Source: an uncultured virus (IMG/VR IMGVR_UViG_3300028591_000091) | Taxonomy: Duplodnaviria; Heunggongvirae; Uroviricota; Caudoviricetes | Length of the DNA: 64,000 nucleotides | Reading direction: 5' to 3' (one strand) | IMG/VR virus record: IMGVR_UViG_3300028591_000091 | Part shown: in pieces, positions 19,663-30,305 of the stretch | How positions within the stretch are numbered: position 1 is the first letter of the stretch | Layout: each line of letters starts with the position of its first letter | The notes under the pieces: model-generated | What the model was told of the DNA's origin: nothing | Databases searched by the model: none | Seen by the model: the letters and a program-made list of their open reading frames with translations, nothing else | Translations under genes and position numbers: made by a program

Positions 19663-19843
19663 ATATCAATCCTTTCATTCCAGTTACAGAAAAATAGACC
19701 ATAGTACCTAGAGAATCTTCACCGTGTTCCTTTTCAAGATCTTCTAACCTTTTCATGACACTCCTCATACCCTCACGATTCCCCTTCGCTAATTCTCGGA
19801 TAAATTTTAAACAAAGATTCTCGTATATCATGTAATCTATCAT
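19646..19843 (-). CDS. hypothetical protein
   Basis: 65 aa, overlapping operon gene. Confidence 0.5.
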   Translation of the reverse strand: MIDYMIYENLCLKFIRELAKGNREGMRSVMKRLEDLEKEHGEDSLGTMVYFSVTGMKGLIYDKKK

Positions 19844-20025
19844 TTCTTAAACATTGATACTAAAAATTCTCCTATCATTCCTAACATTACTCCAATAACA
19901 ATGATCGCCCAAATTCCTATCCACTCTACTCCAGTAAATCCTAAAAGTATGAAGAATATAGCAACCAATGTATAATATACCATCCGAAATATACTAGTGT
20001 CTTTCATGATCGGATAAAATTTTTC

Positions 20026-20232
20026 TCATGAATCGTATTTTTTAAACCAGAAATCACGCTCAGGAAACCAGATACATACTAATAACCAGGGAAGCCAAGC
20101 AATCATAAACCAGATATTTACGAGAGCTTGAAGAATTTTATATCTTCCTATTATTGGAGGCTGTACATTTTCTGCTATAGCCCCAAATACAATTCCCACT
20201 ATTAGATATACAAAGATAAATACCGTAATCAT
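20026..20232 (-). CDS. small membrane protein
   Basis: Two hydrophobic segments; overlaps pncB stop. Confidence 0.55.
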   Translation of the reverse strand: MITVFIFVYLIVGIVFGAIAENVQPPIIGRYKILQALVNIWFMIAWLPWLLVCIWFPERDFWFKKYDS

Positions 20233-21422
20233 AATCTCCCAGTCACATACTTACAAAACTCCACTTCTTTTGGATCACCCATCTCTTTTCCTAGTTCATC
20301 CGGTACTTTTACGGCAGGAATCCAAGGACTGTTATCATCAAACTTTATAGCATCCAATTTCATAACAATGTTCGGATTTGCCAATTTCATACCAGGAATA
20401 TTATTGGTTAAAGCTCCGCCAATACCTCCAGATGCACTACCAATACTACCTTCCACACTCTTCACTATATCCTTAAGATCGAACATGTTGATAGAATTGG
20501 AATAAACCATACCTTTCTGAAGAGGATCAACTTTCAAGTCCTTAAGGCGAGATATGTACTTCTCTGTTGCAACTTCCCAAGGACCAGAATCATGACGATA
20601 ACCTGTAGAAGCCTTCATGTAAAGGGTGGTCATACATTTCAAAAACGAATCCTGACCTATAGTATCACCTAAAAGAATACCAGAGTGACCGTTGAAAACA
20701 TCCATCCAATCCTTTACACATTTATAATTACCCTCACGATAACCATAGACAGCATTATAAACCATAAAGATAGAATGTGCCATAGTTCCTACAGCCGGCA
20801 CTCCTAAACGAAGAGCTTGATATACCGACGAATTACCAACACAATATTTGGCTTCTTTCTTTATTATATCATCTACCTTATCTTGCCACTCTGCACTGAA
20901 ACGACGCCTGAGACCAAATTCCGAGAACTTAAGACCATACTCATTTGAAAGACTAATCTGCTCTCTCAAAAGATCAAGGGCCTCTTTCTCTGCGGACTCT
21001 GTCATAGAATAACCATAGACTTTATTTCTAAGTTCAGCAAAGATAGGAAGTACATTAGTCTCCCAGAATACACCTCTCCATCCATAATCCTCCATGATAC
21101 ACTGAAATTCTCCATTCTCATCAAGGTAAGGATTAATAGCTTCAGGACGGAAAATATCGGCATTCTGGTACCAATCATGATACCATAAAGGAAGCCACCA
21201 CATCTTTTCGGCAACCTTCAATTTCTCTTCCTCCGTTCCCTTCAATTCTCTGAGCTTTGAAAACTCTGACTTTATCTCATCTACAAAGCTTTGATCAAAC
21301 TTTTCCCCAGACCTTCGATTCTTAAATTTAAACCGAACTTTCATGTTGGGGAATTTCATCATAAGCGCATACGATATGTTCCACTGATACACATCGTTCT
21401 CATACTTACTTCTTATAATCAT
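20229..21422 (-). CDS. pncB: nicotinate phosphoribosyltransferase
   Basis: SEFGLRRRFS, GTMAH, RHDSG and NIVMKL motifs of NAPRTase. Confidence 0.85.
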   Translation of the reverse strand: MIIRSKYENDVYQWNISYALMMKFPNMKVRFKFKNRRSGEKFDQSFVDEIKSEFSKLRELKGTEEEKLKVAEKMWWLPLWYHDWYQNADIFRPEAINPYLDENGEFQCIMEDYGWRGVFWETNVLPIFAELRNKVYGYSMTESAEKEALDLLREQISLSNEYGLKFSEFGLRRRFSAEWQDKVDDIIKKEAKYCVGNSSVYQALRLGVPAVGTMAHSIFMVYNAVYGYREGNYKCVKDWMDVFNGHSGILLGDTIGQDSFLKCMTTLYMKASTGYRHDSGPWEVATEKYISRLKDLKVDPLQKGMVYSNSINMFDLKDIVKSVEGSIGSASGGIGGALTNNIPGMKLANPNIVMKLDAIKFDDNSPWIPAVKVPDELGKEMGDPKEVEFCKYVTGRL

Positions 21423-21501
21423 ATTTTTATAAATTATCTTTTCTTATATAAGGAGTTGAAAGGAAAGGATAGAAATACTATAATCTCTATCCTTATAAAA
21501 T

Positions 21502-23667
21502 TTATCGTTTCCCTATTATCTCCAAGCCATTTACCCACTTACCTTCAGTGTCTTGAAATTTAACAGCTTTCATGGTATAATAAACCTCTAGATCTGTAGT
21601 TTTGGCTTTCTTCTTATACCCCAATTTTTGATATAATTCATTCAAGATATCCTTTACCTGTTTATTCGAATATCTTTTTCCGATAGTAAAAGAGCCATAA
21701 ATTTCCAGATCAACATCATCCTTTACTTCCTGGTTCATTATCTTTTCTGTCCAGGCTTTTTTGATTTTATATTCTTCACAACCATAAGCTTTGATAATGT
21801 CTAGGCCGACGATCTGAAAATAATCTTTATACTTTCCAGGAATAAGCTCGAGTAAATTATCAAAATTCTTTTTCTCAGCTTTCTCTGAATATTCAACTAA
21901 AAATCGAATCTTATCATTAACTCTTTTTATCTCATTGAACTCTTCTATCTTCTGACTTACCTCATTTTCAATACTATCCATACTTTCAGATTGAACAGAT
22001 GAGAATACTGAGAATCTATCTGCATAATCTGACTGCTGAAGTTCGAAGGCTCTCTGCTCCGTAATAAGAACAAGTTGATTAAATGTTGGCTGAAGTCTTA
22101 CAACCTGACCTTTACTATTTTCAATTCGTGAGACAGCGACATAATCATAACGATAATGAGAAACCTTAGCATCCCTTTGATACTTTTTTGCTAAGTCCCA
22201 TTTATTATCTTCTTTAGCGTCTTTAAAAGTATCTAAAAGTTTTTCAGTTGATTTTGTCTTTTCATCCAATAGCTCGTTAAATTCTTCCTGTGTTGTCTTA
22301 TGACTTAAATTAGTGGTTTTAACATACATAAGAGCTGTATTCTTCCAGGGATTTTCCGCCAATCTCTGTCTACCAATGATTTGTTCTAGATCCATACTAA
22401 TATCTACTGCCAAACATTGAATATTAGAATCGCTAAAGATAAAAGTACGAGCATTTGTTGAGTAAAAGTCTGCACCTAGATAGACAGTTCTAGTACAAAA
22501 GGTAAACATTTTATGCTGCTGTCCTCTAGTTGGGATCTTACCTATAACTGGAACATCCTTTTTAATACTATCATAAGTTTTCTCTCCCTTTAATTCAGCC
22601 TCTTTCTTAAGAACGTCATTGAAAGCTCTCCTAACTGCTTCTTTATTTTTTGTTGTTTGAGCACATAAGACATTACATTCAGAAAGGTGAAGTTTATTAG
22701 AACGTATAGCTTGACAAATACCGGCTACTGAGTTTAAGAATAATGTAGCTTCTTTAGACTCAATAAATTTACCAGTCTTAGGATCTATACGAGTATCAAA
22801 TCTGCCATCTTTGTAGCTCTGAATAACTCCATTAACTGCTTGATTAAGAGAGGATGTTACAAATCTGATCTCTAGTTTTGGTTTCTTTACACGACCAGGA
22901 TCCTCTGTTTCCCAATCGAACTCATAGTAGGGAAGATCTTTGAATTCTGGTAGCATATCAAGATACTTATCTAACATTGGAGTGGCACTAACGAAACATA
23001 CTTTTTGTACATTCTTAAGATTGCTCAGTAATTCAATCTCTGTATCTGACTTAAAGCGTGAATCGATGAAAATGCTCTGAAACTCATCAACCACTACTTG
23101 AAACTCATCAAAACGATCATCATAACTACCTTGATGATTCCCTTCATCCCAATAAAAATGTTTGAGTGCGTCCTTCACATGTCTGAAAGAATCATAAGTA
23201 ACCAAAATCTTGAAAGGATGATCCGAGTCGTCTTTACCATATTTCATCTCCCAAGATCTCATAGCATTCCTGAGATCTCTTTTCAGACGATCGAGGTTTT
23301 CTATAGTAATGTTCTCAGAGGCATCAGTAGTTTTCTTTCTCTCATCGATTGCTTTTAAATCATCCTGATTAAGATCAAGTTCATAGTCAACAGAAGTTTC
23401 CAATTCATTCCTGACGTAGTATACTTCACCTTCATGCTGATCCTCTTTGTTCTCTAAGAGGAATTTTCTTGGAGATATTAAGATGAGTTTTTGTTTATTC
23501 TTGATGCAATATTCAGTAAATCCACAACCTGTTAGTTTCTTGTTCAGAATATGTGGAAAGTCATAGAGATTTAGATCATAGTCTAACCAAATTCTTTCTT
23601 TAGTTTCAGGATTTATTTCTCCTATAAATCTAATACCTTTTGGTACTATAATTTTATGTTTTTCCAT
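21502..23667 (-). CDS. superfamily 2 helicase-like protein
   Basis: TGCGFT (degenerate Walker A), VTYDS, VVDEFQ, VSATP, TVYLGADF and QIIGRQR motifs. Confidence 0.75.
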   Translation of the reverse strand: MEKHKIIVPKGIRFIGEINPETKERIWLDYDLNLYDFPHILNKKLTGCGFTEYCIKNKQKLILISPRKFLLENKEDQHEGEVYYVRNELETSVDYELDLNQDDLKAIDERKKTTDASENITIENLDRLKRDLRNAMRSWEMKYGKDDSDHPFKILVTYDSFRHVKDALKHFYWDEGNHQGSYDDRFDEFQVVVDEFQSIFIDSRFKSDTEIELLSNLKNVQKVCFVSATPMLDKYLDMLPEFKDLPYYEFDWETEDPGRVKKPKLEIRFVTSSLNQAVNGVIQSYKDGRFDTRIDPKTGKFIESKEATLFLNSVAGICQAIRSNKLHLSECNVLCAQTTKNKEAVRRAFNDVLKKEAELKGEKTYDSIKKDVPVIGKIPTRGQQHKMFTFCTRTVYLGADFYSTNARTFIFSDSNIQCLAVDISMDLEQIIGRQRLAENPWKNTALMYVKTTNLSHKTTQEEFNELLDEKTKSTEKLLDTFKDAKEDNKWDLAKKYQRDAKVSHYRYDYVAVSRIENSKGQVVRLQPTFNQLVLITEQRAFELQQSDYADRFSVFSSVQSESMDSIENEVSQKIEEFNEIKRVNDKIRFLVEYSEKAEKKNFDNLLELIPGKYKDYFQIVGLDIIKAYGCEEYKIKKAWTEKIMNQEVKDDVDLEIYGSFTIGKRYSNKQVKDILNELYQKLGYKKKAKTTDLEVYYTMKAVKFQDTEGKWVNGLEIIGKR

Positions 23668-23694
23668 TGTTAATAATTATTTATGTGTTGAAAC

Positions 23695-24166
23695 AAATGA
23701 AAGCCAGGTCATTCTGACACAGTCTTTCACAAAATCCGCTATGCGTATTTTAAACGAATAGCTCTCTTATCTTCTTTAGTTGAGAATCCCTAGTTGAGAT
23801 TTCCCCTTTCATGTATTAGGATTTAAGCCTTTCTCAGGAGAATTTTCTAAATTTAAATCCTATAAACATTTATCTCTATATTAACTTCAACTTTTTAGAA
23901 ATTAGAAAATCAGGGAATCTTTCAATTTTAATCCACGTAGCTTTAGCGAAGTGGGAATTGAAATTGAGAGGTTAAGGGTCTGACAAAGTCTAGGCAAAGG
24001 GTGACCGTAAGGGAAGACTTCTGACTAACTTTGGAATGGCTACGGGGAGGCTTAACCTCTGAGAAATGCTTTGTGGAACGTAAAAAGCATTAGCACTTGT
24101 TACAGCTTTTGTTTTAGCTTTCATATCTGCTATAATAATCTCTGTTGTAGACGCAGTTCTCAACTA
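23695..24166. repeat. conserved structured non-coding block upstream of helicase, copy 1
   Basis: Collinear conserved segments with 24909-25352; helices TTCAATT/AATTGAA, GAGGTTAAG/CTTAACCTC, ATGCTTT/AAAGCAT. Confidence 0.7.
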
Positions 24167-24353
24167 CCAAAAATAAAAAGAGATAGAATCTTAATCTACC
24201 TCAAAATATCCTTGGCATAGGGGTATCATTTCCTTCAATCTCTCCGGTTCTATTTTATCTGTTAATCCTCTCGCTCCACAGTAATGACCAAATAAGTATC
24301 GAGCCCTAATCCGTTTGTTTCCTCGTATCTTAATGATTACTACTCGGAGATCT

Positions 24354-24887
24354 TCATAATAAAATTTCATCAGCCTTATCGACATCATCCACCAAATTTT
24401 CATCCGGAGTAATAAAAGTTATAAATAAAAAGAGTACTATTCTCCCGAACCGTACCCTTTTAATATTTTTACCATCTATCATCGCATTCCTCAGATTCTT
24501 TTTTAATCGATCTAGGTTTTCAATAGTAGCGTTTTTACTAGCCTCAGTCTCTTTAGCCTTCTCCTGAATAGATTTGACATCATCCTTGTTTAGATCAAGT
24601 TCATAATCAATAGAAACCTCCAACTCATTCTTAACATAGTAAACCTCCCCTTTATGTTGATCTTCTTTATTTTCAAGGAGGAAACGACGAGGTGATACTA
24701 ATATTAATGGTTGGTTGTTTCCAATACAATATTCTGTATAACCACATCCAGTGAGAACTTTATTGAGAATATGTGGAAAACCATAATTTTCTAATTCATA
24801 ATCTTTCCAAATCTTTTCCCCCGTTTCAGAATTAATTTCACCAATATACCTAATTCCTTTAGGTACAATAATTTTATTCTTTTCCAT
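24354..24887 (-). pseudogene. truncated paralog of the SF2 helicase-like gene
   Basis: First ~135 aa closely similar to 21502-23667, then unrelated sequence. Confidence 0.7.
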
Positions 24888-24908
24888 AATATATTAAAAT
24901 TTATTAAA

Positions 24909-25352
24909 TAAATGAAAGCCTGGTCGTTCCGACACAGTCTCTCACAAAATCTGTTTCACAGATTTTAAATTATCTTTTTCTTATCAGTAGAGATCCCGAG
25001 TTGAGATCCCTTTATCATGAGTAAGGCTTTCAGCCCTTTAGAGAAGAGTTTTACCAATTTTATTTCTTATATATAATTATCTCTAATAATGCCCTTTGCT
25101 TTTAAAAATTTGGAAATTAGGGAATCTTTCAATTTCTTACCCTGGAACGTAGTGGAAGGGGAATTGAAATTGAGAGGTTAAGGGTTCGTAGCGTAATGTA
25201 ACGGAATTATTGAGCTTTAGCGAAATAATGTAGTGGAATAGCGGAGTGGCCACGGGAAGGCTTAACCTCAGAACTATGCTTTGTGTAAACGTAGTTATTT
25301 AGCTTTGTCTAAATAACGAATAAAGCATTTCCGTTATAGCAAGTTCTCAACT
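24909..25352. repeat. conserved structured non-coding block, copy 2
   Basis: Same helices as copy 1 with different loop inserts. Confidence 0.7.
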
Positions 25353-25372
25353 GAAAAGAAAAGAAGCAGGTT

Positions 25373-25810
25373 TTATCCCACTTCTTTTACATATTCATAT
25401 AGATCTGCTACCTCTTCTGGTGTTTTTGGCAGTAGAATTCCACAGGGTCTTATCCAATTATCGTAATCTAATTCAAATATGAGATACTGATTTACCCTAT
25501 TCAAGACAGTTTCTATTCTTTTATCATATTTGTTAAGCCACGTTGAAAACGTTAATCGTAGATCCAAATAAATATCATGATCATAGAAAATACCAGTTGT
25601 TGACAAAGGAGGGCTGTCTAATAGAAAAGCTATATAATCTTTATAATAAACACCCCGCTTTCTTAACTCACTTTTAGTTTTTATGGATAGAGATTCAAAT
25701 CTATTTTCTACGAATTCTGTTATCCACTCTTTGGGATAAAAGTAAGAGAAGTATTTATTAGTCTGATCTATTGGAGTATACATCAGTTTATACAAATTTA
25801 TATAATTCAT
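25373..25810 (-). CDS. hypothetical protein, tandem paralog
   Basis: MNY-NL-KLMYTP and YLIFELDYDNWIRP shared with 25788-26246. Confidence 0.75.
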   Translation of the reverse strand: MNYINLYKLMYTPIDQTNKYFSYFYPKEWITEFVENRFESLSIKTKSELRKRGVYYKDYIAFLLDSPPLSTTGIFYDHDIYLDLRLTFSTWLNKYDKRIETVLNRVNQYLIFELDYDNWIRPCGILLPKTPEEVADLYEYVKEVG

Positions 25811-26246
25811 GTTGATCTATTCCAGCTTCTTCAACAGTTAATTCATATGACTCTAATAAATTTTCTGGTGTTTCTAGTAGATTATTTTCAGGTCTTATCC
25901 AATTATCGTAATCTAATTCAAATATAAGATAATAGTTTATTCTTTTCAATACGATTTTTATTTTTTCAGGATCTTTAAATACCCACTTAGAAAAGAGCAT
26001 TCGTAGATAGAAAATGTCGTGTTTTAGAAGACTAATTAGATAATTGTTAATATGTGAATTTTCCAAGCAATGTACTATAACTTTTTTCGACCATCCATGT
26101 TCAGCCAATCTTTGTTTAAGGCCTTCAGGGAATTTTTCTTCTGTTATATAGTCAAGAATCCACTCTTTAGGATAGAAACATGAGAAAGATTTCTTATATT
26201 GAGTAAGTGGGGTATACATCAATTTACACAGGTTTGTATAATTCAT
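25788..26246 (-). CDS. hypothetical protein, tandem paralog
   Basis: Same shared motifs as 25373-25810. Confidence 0.75.
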   Translation of the reverse strand: MNYTNLCKLMYTPLTQYKKSFSCFYPKEWILDYITEEKFPEGLKQRLAEHGWSKKVIVHCLENSHINNYLISLLKHDIFYLRMLFSKWVFKDPEKIKIVLKRINYYLIFELDYDNWIRPENNLLETPENLLESYELTVEEAGIDQHELYKFV

Positions 26247-26793
26247 GATTTTTTATATACCTAATTGATTTTTGACACATGACTTCTTTTAACTTATCCC
26301 ACTTTTCATTTTCAATCCACTCTCTAATCTGTGTACTAGAGATGCAAGTTCTATCTGTATGTTCTGCTTCAGGTCTATAAGTTTCTAGCACTTTAAAGTT
26401 TCCTAATATCCAATTTCCCTCTTTCCACTTTTCGATATCTTCCACGGTATCTTTCCCACCAATGATCCAAAATTCGAAGTATCTAGATCCGTATCCTCTT
26501 ATAATTTTTCTAAGTTGATCTACGGTATAATACTTTCCATCTTCTGGGTCTGGTTCTGTTACTACCACTAATACTTTTGCTCTATCCACTTTTTCCAGTT
26601 CATAGTGTGCCATCCAGAATCTTTCATCTATAGGGGCCGGTTGATTAGTTTTCCATGGGTTCCAAACTGATGGTATAACCCAAACCTCATCCATTCCTCT
26701 TCCTAGTGCCTCTATTACTGCTTCCTTATGTCCGATATGGAAGGGATCAAAGCTTCCCAAGAATATTCCAATTTTTGTTTTATAATTGTCCAT
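26224..26793 (-). CDS. nadD: nicotinate/nicotinamide mononucleotide adenylyltransferase
   Basis: GSFDPFHIGH, YTVD, IIGGKD...W and ISSTQIR motifs. Confidence 0.88.
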   Translation of the reverse strand: MDNYKTKIGIFLGSFDPFHIGHKEAVIEALGRGMDEVWVIPSVWNPWKTNQPAPIDERFWMAHYELEKVDRAKVLVVVTEPDPEDGKYYTVDQLRKIIRGYGSRYFEFWIIGGKDTVEDIEKWKEGNWILGNFKVLETYRPEAEHTDRTCISSTQIREWIENEKWDKLKEVMCQKSIRYIKNHELYKPV

Positions 26794-27013
26794 TCTTTCT
26801 CTTTTCCTCCTTTCTTAATTCAATTATCTCTCTTATTATTACGAAAACGACAACACAACCAATCCAAGATAAGATAGATGATGTAATTATGATCCCAACA
26901 TCTTTCCAGGTTATATCTCTAATTTTCAGTCTGACACAGTCTAGGATAAGGAGATAGATGAGAGAGGTGAAACAAATAATTACTCCAGCCAACCAAATAT
27001 AAAATACTATCAT
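26780..27013 (-). CDS. small membrane protein
   Basis: Two hydrophobic helices. Confidence 0.55.
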   Translation of the reverse strand: MIVFYIWLAGVIICFTSLIYLLILDCVRLKIRDITWKDVGIIITSSILSWIGCVVVFVIIREIIELRKEEKRKNGQL

Positions 27014-27258
27014 TATTTTACTTTTTTAGTTCTTCTAATACTGCATCAACAATTTTTACTGTATGTTTAGCTAGTCTTTCATAGAACACATCGTCTATAA
27101 TTTTTGAAGCCCACCCAGTATCTCTTTCTAGTAATCCTTGTAAAACTTGTCCTGCCAGCATTAGTCTTTCTTGTTCCATGTTTGTTCTTTATTTTACAAG
27201 TATAAGGAGAATAGGTTGTGTATGAAGTGAATTCCTTATTAATAGAGAAAGAATAAAA

Positions 27259-27576
27259 ATGAATAGAGAAGAAATTTGTTTGAGAAGATCATGTTGGCCA
27301 GATGTAGATGGTCCAGAAGGTGTAAACAAATTTTTAGAGAGTCTTGGAATAGAGGTTAAGTTTCTTCTTGACGATGGGATTAGTTTTTCATATTTTCCTG
27401 ATTGTTTAGAACCTTACAAGATAGGAGAAGGAACTTTATATTTCAAGGATCCAAAAACGAAAGATAATCTATTTCATTATTATGAAGATATTAGTGATCT
27501 TGTTTTTGTAAATATGATTACTTCGGAAACTTATAGAATTCCAATATATGAAGAAGAGGATTTTGCAAAAATCTGA
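27259..27576 (+). CDS. hypothetical protein
   Basis: Follows CCTTAT motif at 27234. Confidence 0.65.
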   Translation: MNREEICLRRSCWPDVDGPEGVNKFLESLGIEVKFLLDDGISFSYFPDCLEPYKIGEGTLYFKDPKTKDNLFHYYEDISDLVFVNMITSETYRIPIYEEEDFAKI

Positions 27577-28159
27577 ATGGCAAGATATTAGTGTTGATTT
27601 TTTCTTGGAGGAGGTATTTCCAAGGTTTCTAGACAAGAAAACTGATTTATCTGGGTTGGTGATGGAGATTCAACACTTTCCCTCCCTATGTTGTGGATAT
27701 CAGGATGACAGAACTTTTATTAGTCCTAGGATAACAATAGATTTTCCATTTTCTGAAAGGATGAGAAAACTTAAAAAGGATTTATTAAAAGCAGGGACAG
27801 AAACTTTAAAGAATTTTGAGGAAAATCATCTCTTAGGCTTTGTTATGTCTGCTTCTGGTAATGATCCTGAATATAAGATTGACTGTGTTACTTTTAGTAA
27901 GGCGACTATATATCTATTCCTTAAAAACTTAGGAGTAGATTATAAGAAAGGAGATCCACTTATCTCTTTATGGTATAACCTGAAGAAAGACGGTAAGATA
28001 GATAGAGATTTTGAAAAAGTAACTCCGAACAGAAAAATACGTATTAGATATTTAAGTTTCCCATATTTTATGGAAGTAATACAATACTTTAAAGAAACTG
28101 ATTACGAATATTTTCCCCATGATTTCACAAAAGATGACTATGAAGATGGGAACTTATAA
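27548..28159 (+). CDS. hypothetical protein
   Basis: 203 aa overlapping ORF. Confidence 0.7.
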   Translation: MKKRILQKSEWQDISVDFFLEEVFPRFLDKKTDLSGLVMEIQHFPSLCCGYQDDRTFISPRITIDFPFSERMRKLKKDLLKAGTETLKNFEENHLLGFVMSASGNDPEYKIDCVTFSKATIYLFLKNLGVDYKKGDPLISLWYNLKKDGKIDRDFEKVTPNRKIRIRYLSFPYFMEVIQYFKETDYEYFPHDFTKDDYEDGNL

Positions 28160-28471
28160 TAGAGAAATATTATGAACCAGCCTGAACTATTGGAAGAAGA
28201 TTGGATTAGGTTTAGAGAATCACATAAAAAATAAAGATGGATATATTTTTATTATTATTTATTCCTGCAATAATCGGATTTATTATTGGTTATTTGACAG
28301 GAATGTTTGTGGATTGGATAGAGAAGAAATTTTTTAAATCATGATATATCTATTAATTATTATTCTTATACTTCAGCTTAGTATTGTTATTTTTATACTC
28401 ACAACATATTCTATTATACGAATGAGTTTAAAACAGACAAGAAGAGCTATTAGAGTAATTAGGAGAAGATT

Positions 28472-28795
28472 ATGACCAAAGAAGATTTTAAAATTGAGAT
28501 AATATATTTGTGGGAAAAACACAAAGACGATTTTATTCATATTCTTTCTACTCTAGCTTTACCTTTCTTGTTTCCAATTTTTCTTATAATCTTCATTTTA
28601 TTTCCTCCCATAGACGATGAAGAGATAGATCAAGATATTAAGTGGTGTAAAGATCATAAAAAAGAATATCCAAAGACTATTTATCCCGAAGAAGCTCACT
28701 CTATTATTAAAAAGTGGAAGAAAGAATTCGAAAGGGAAGAAAAGAGAATAAAGAAAGAACTAATAAGAAAGAGATTAAGGAGACATGGTGAATAA
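28472..28795 (+). CDS. hypothetical membrane protein
   Basis: One hydrophobic segment. Confidence 0.6.
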   Translation: MTKEDFKIEIIYLWEKHKDDFIHILSTLALPFLFPIFLIIFILFPPIDDEEIDQDIKWCKDHKKEYPKTIYPEEAHSIIKKWKKEFEREEKRIKKELIRKRLRRHGE

Positions 28796-29339
28796 TAATT
28801 TAAAGATAGGCACTCATAATTCAGCCACAGGAGAAGAAGGAACTTTTTGGAGTTGTTTTCTTATTCCCTTTGCTAGATGTCAGAGTAAAACTTTGGCAGA
28901 ACAATATAAAGCTGGTTGTAGATTTTTTGATATTCGAGTGAGAGAGTTTGATGGAGAATTATACTGTTATCATGGAATTTGGAGATCAAAGAAGAGTGCT
29001 CAAAAGATAATAAAGGATTTTATCTATGTTATAAATGATCCAGTCTTTGTTGAAATTACTTGGGAAGGATCTACAATAAATTCGGAGCAATATCAAAAAG
29101 TTTATGAATTTGCAAAGTGGGTAAATTCCAATGTATATGTTTTTGTTACAAGAATAAATATAAAAGAAGGTTGGAAATGTTTATATCTATTTAACAATAT
29201 TACTTACAAAGGAGATGGTACTGGTTTTATAGGTATTAATGGTTGGAAATGTATTCTTCCTTTTCCTCGGTTATGGAGTTGGGTGCGTGGAAAAGTGGAG
29301 TTTAATAAAGAAGAGTTCATTTTAGTAGATTTCTTATGA
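28785..29339 (+). CDS. PI-PLC X-domain-like phosphodiesterase
   Basis: GTHNS...CQ...EQ--AG-RFFDIR...HG pattern of PLC-X domains. Confidence 0.7.
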   Translation: MVNNNLKIGTHNSATGEEGTFWSCFLIPFARCQSKTLAEQYKAGCRFFDIRVREFDGELYCYHGIWRSKKSAQKIIKDFIYVINDPVFVEITWEGSTINSEQYQKVYEFAKWVNSNVYVFVTRINIKEGWKCLYLFNNITYKGDGTGFIGINGWKCILPFPRLWSWVRGKVEFNKEEFILVDFL

Positions 29340-29664
29340 TTAAATTTAAACAACTACTATCAGAAGCAAAGCTAATGGAACAATTAGTTAAAGCTTTTGA
29401 ATATTATCTATACACGGAGTATCTAAACAGGAAGCTTGGAGTAAATCTCTAAATTATTTCATGAGTTTTATAGTATTATGACACAAGAAGAGAAAAAATC
29501 AGATACAGCCCTAAACCTTGGGCTTTGTATTGTAATAATAGTTTTATTACATCTTTCCCTTCACATAATGCAGCTAAACGTGCACTTCACAAAAAATGTG
29601 AAGATATGAAAAGGTATCCGTATGATTATGCGGATGAGTATTATACAATAAAACCATATAAGAG

Positions 29665-29859
29665 ATGACACAAGAAGAGAAAGATTTATGTAAGACTTGT
29701 AAACATTATTGGCAAGATTTTCCATTGCCATTAGACCATGTTGAAAGTCATTGTGAAATATTTGATGAGAAGAAAGGACTATCAGCAGATATGGATAGTG
29801 AAATTCCATATCCTTGTCTTAACTGTCCATTCGATTGTTATATTAGAAAGCAGGAGTAA
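29665..29859 (+). CDS. small Cys-rich protein
   Basis: CxxC...C...CxxC; MTQEEKDL start. Confidence 0.55.
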   Translation: MTQEEKDLCKTCKHYWQDFPLPLDHVESHCEIFDEKKGLSADMDSEIPYPCLNCPFDCYIRKQE

Positions 29860-29861
29860 TT

Positions 29862-30271
29862 ATGACACAGACAGAGAAGGATTTACTTTTGAAAGACCTA
29901 TGCGCAAGATTGCCGTATGGGGTAAAAGTTAATCATAAAGGCTTAATACGTCCATTATTTAGTGTCAGTCCAACACAATGTTATCAAATTACACTGGACA
30001 ACGCGATAGATGGCAAACATAATGGTTTGGAACTTGTTAGTCTTGATAGTGCGGTAGAGTTAAAGCCCTATCTTCGTCCAATGTCAAGTATGACTGAGGA
30101 AGAGAAAAAGAATATACTAAAGTAGTAGTTAAATCACAAGATTGCAGTTACGAAAATAGTGAGTCGGCAACTACGATGGCTAATGATTGGCTATTATCTA
30201 AAGGATTTGATGTAAGAGGTCTTATTTCAAAAGGTCTTGCGCTTGAAGCTAAAGAAGGAATGTATGATTAG
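29862..30271 (+). pseudogene. frameshifted member of MTQEEK/KPYLRPMSSM/GLALEA family
   Basis: Family C-terminus GLISKGLALEAKEGMYD lies in another frame after the A run near 30105. Confidence 0.6.
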
Positions 30272-30305
30272 TATTTGGATTATACTAAATAAATAATTAT
30301 TAATT

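Noticed and set aside
23695..25352. tRNA, group I intron or group II intron in the duplicated non-coding blocks
   Set aside because: No cloverleaf, no P/Q/R/S set, no clear domain V and no interrupted gene
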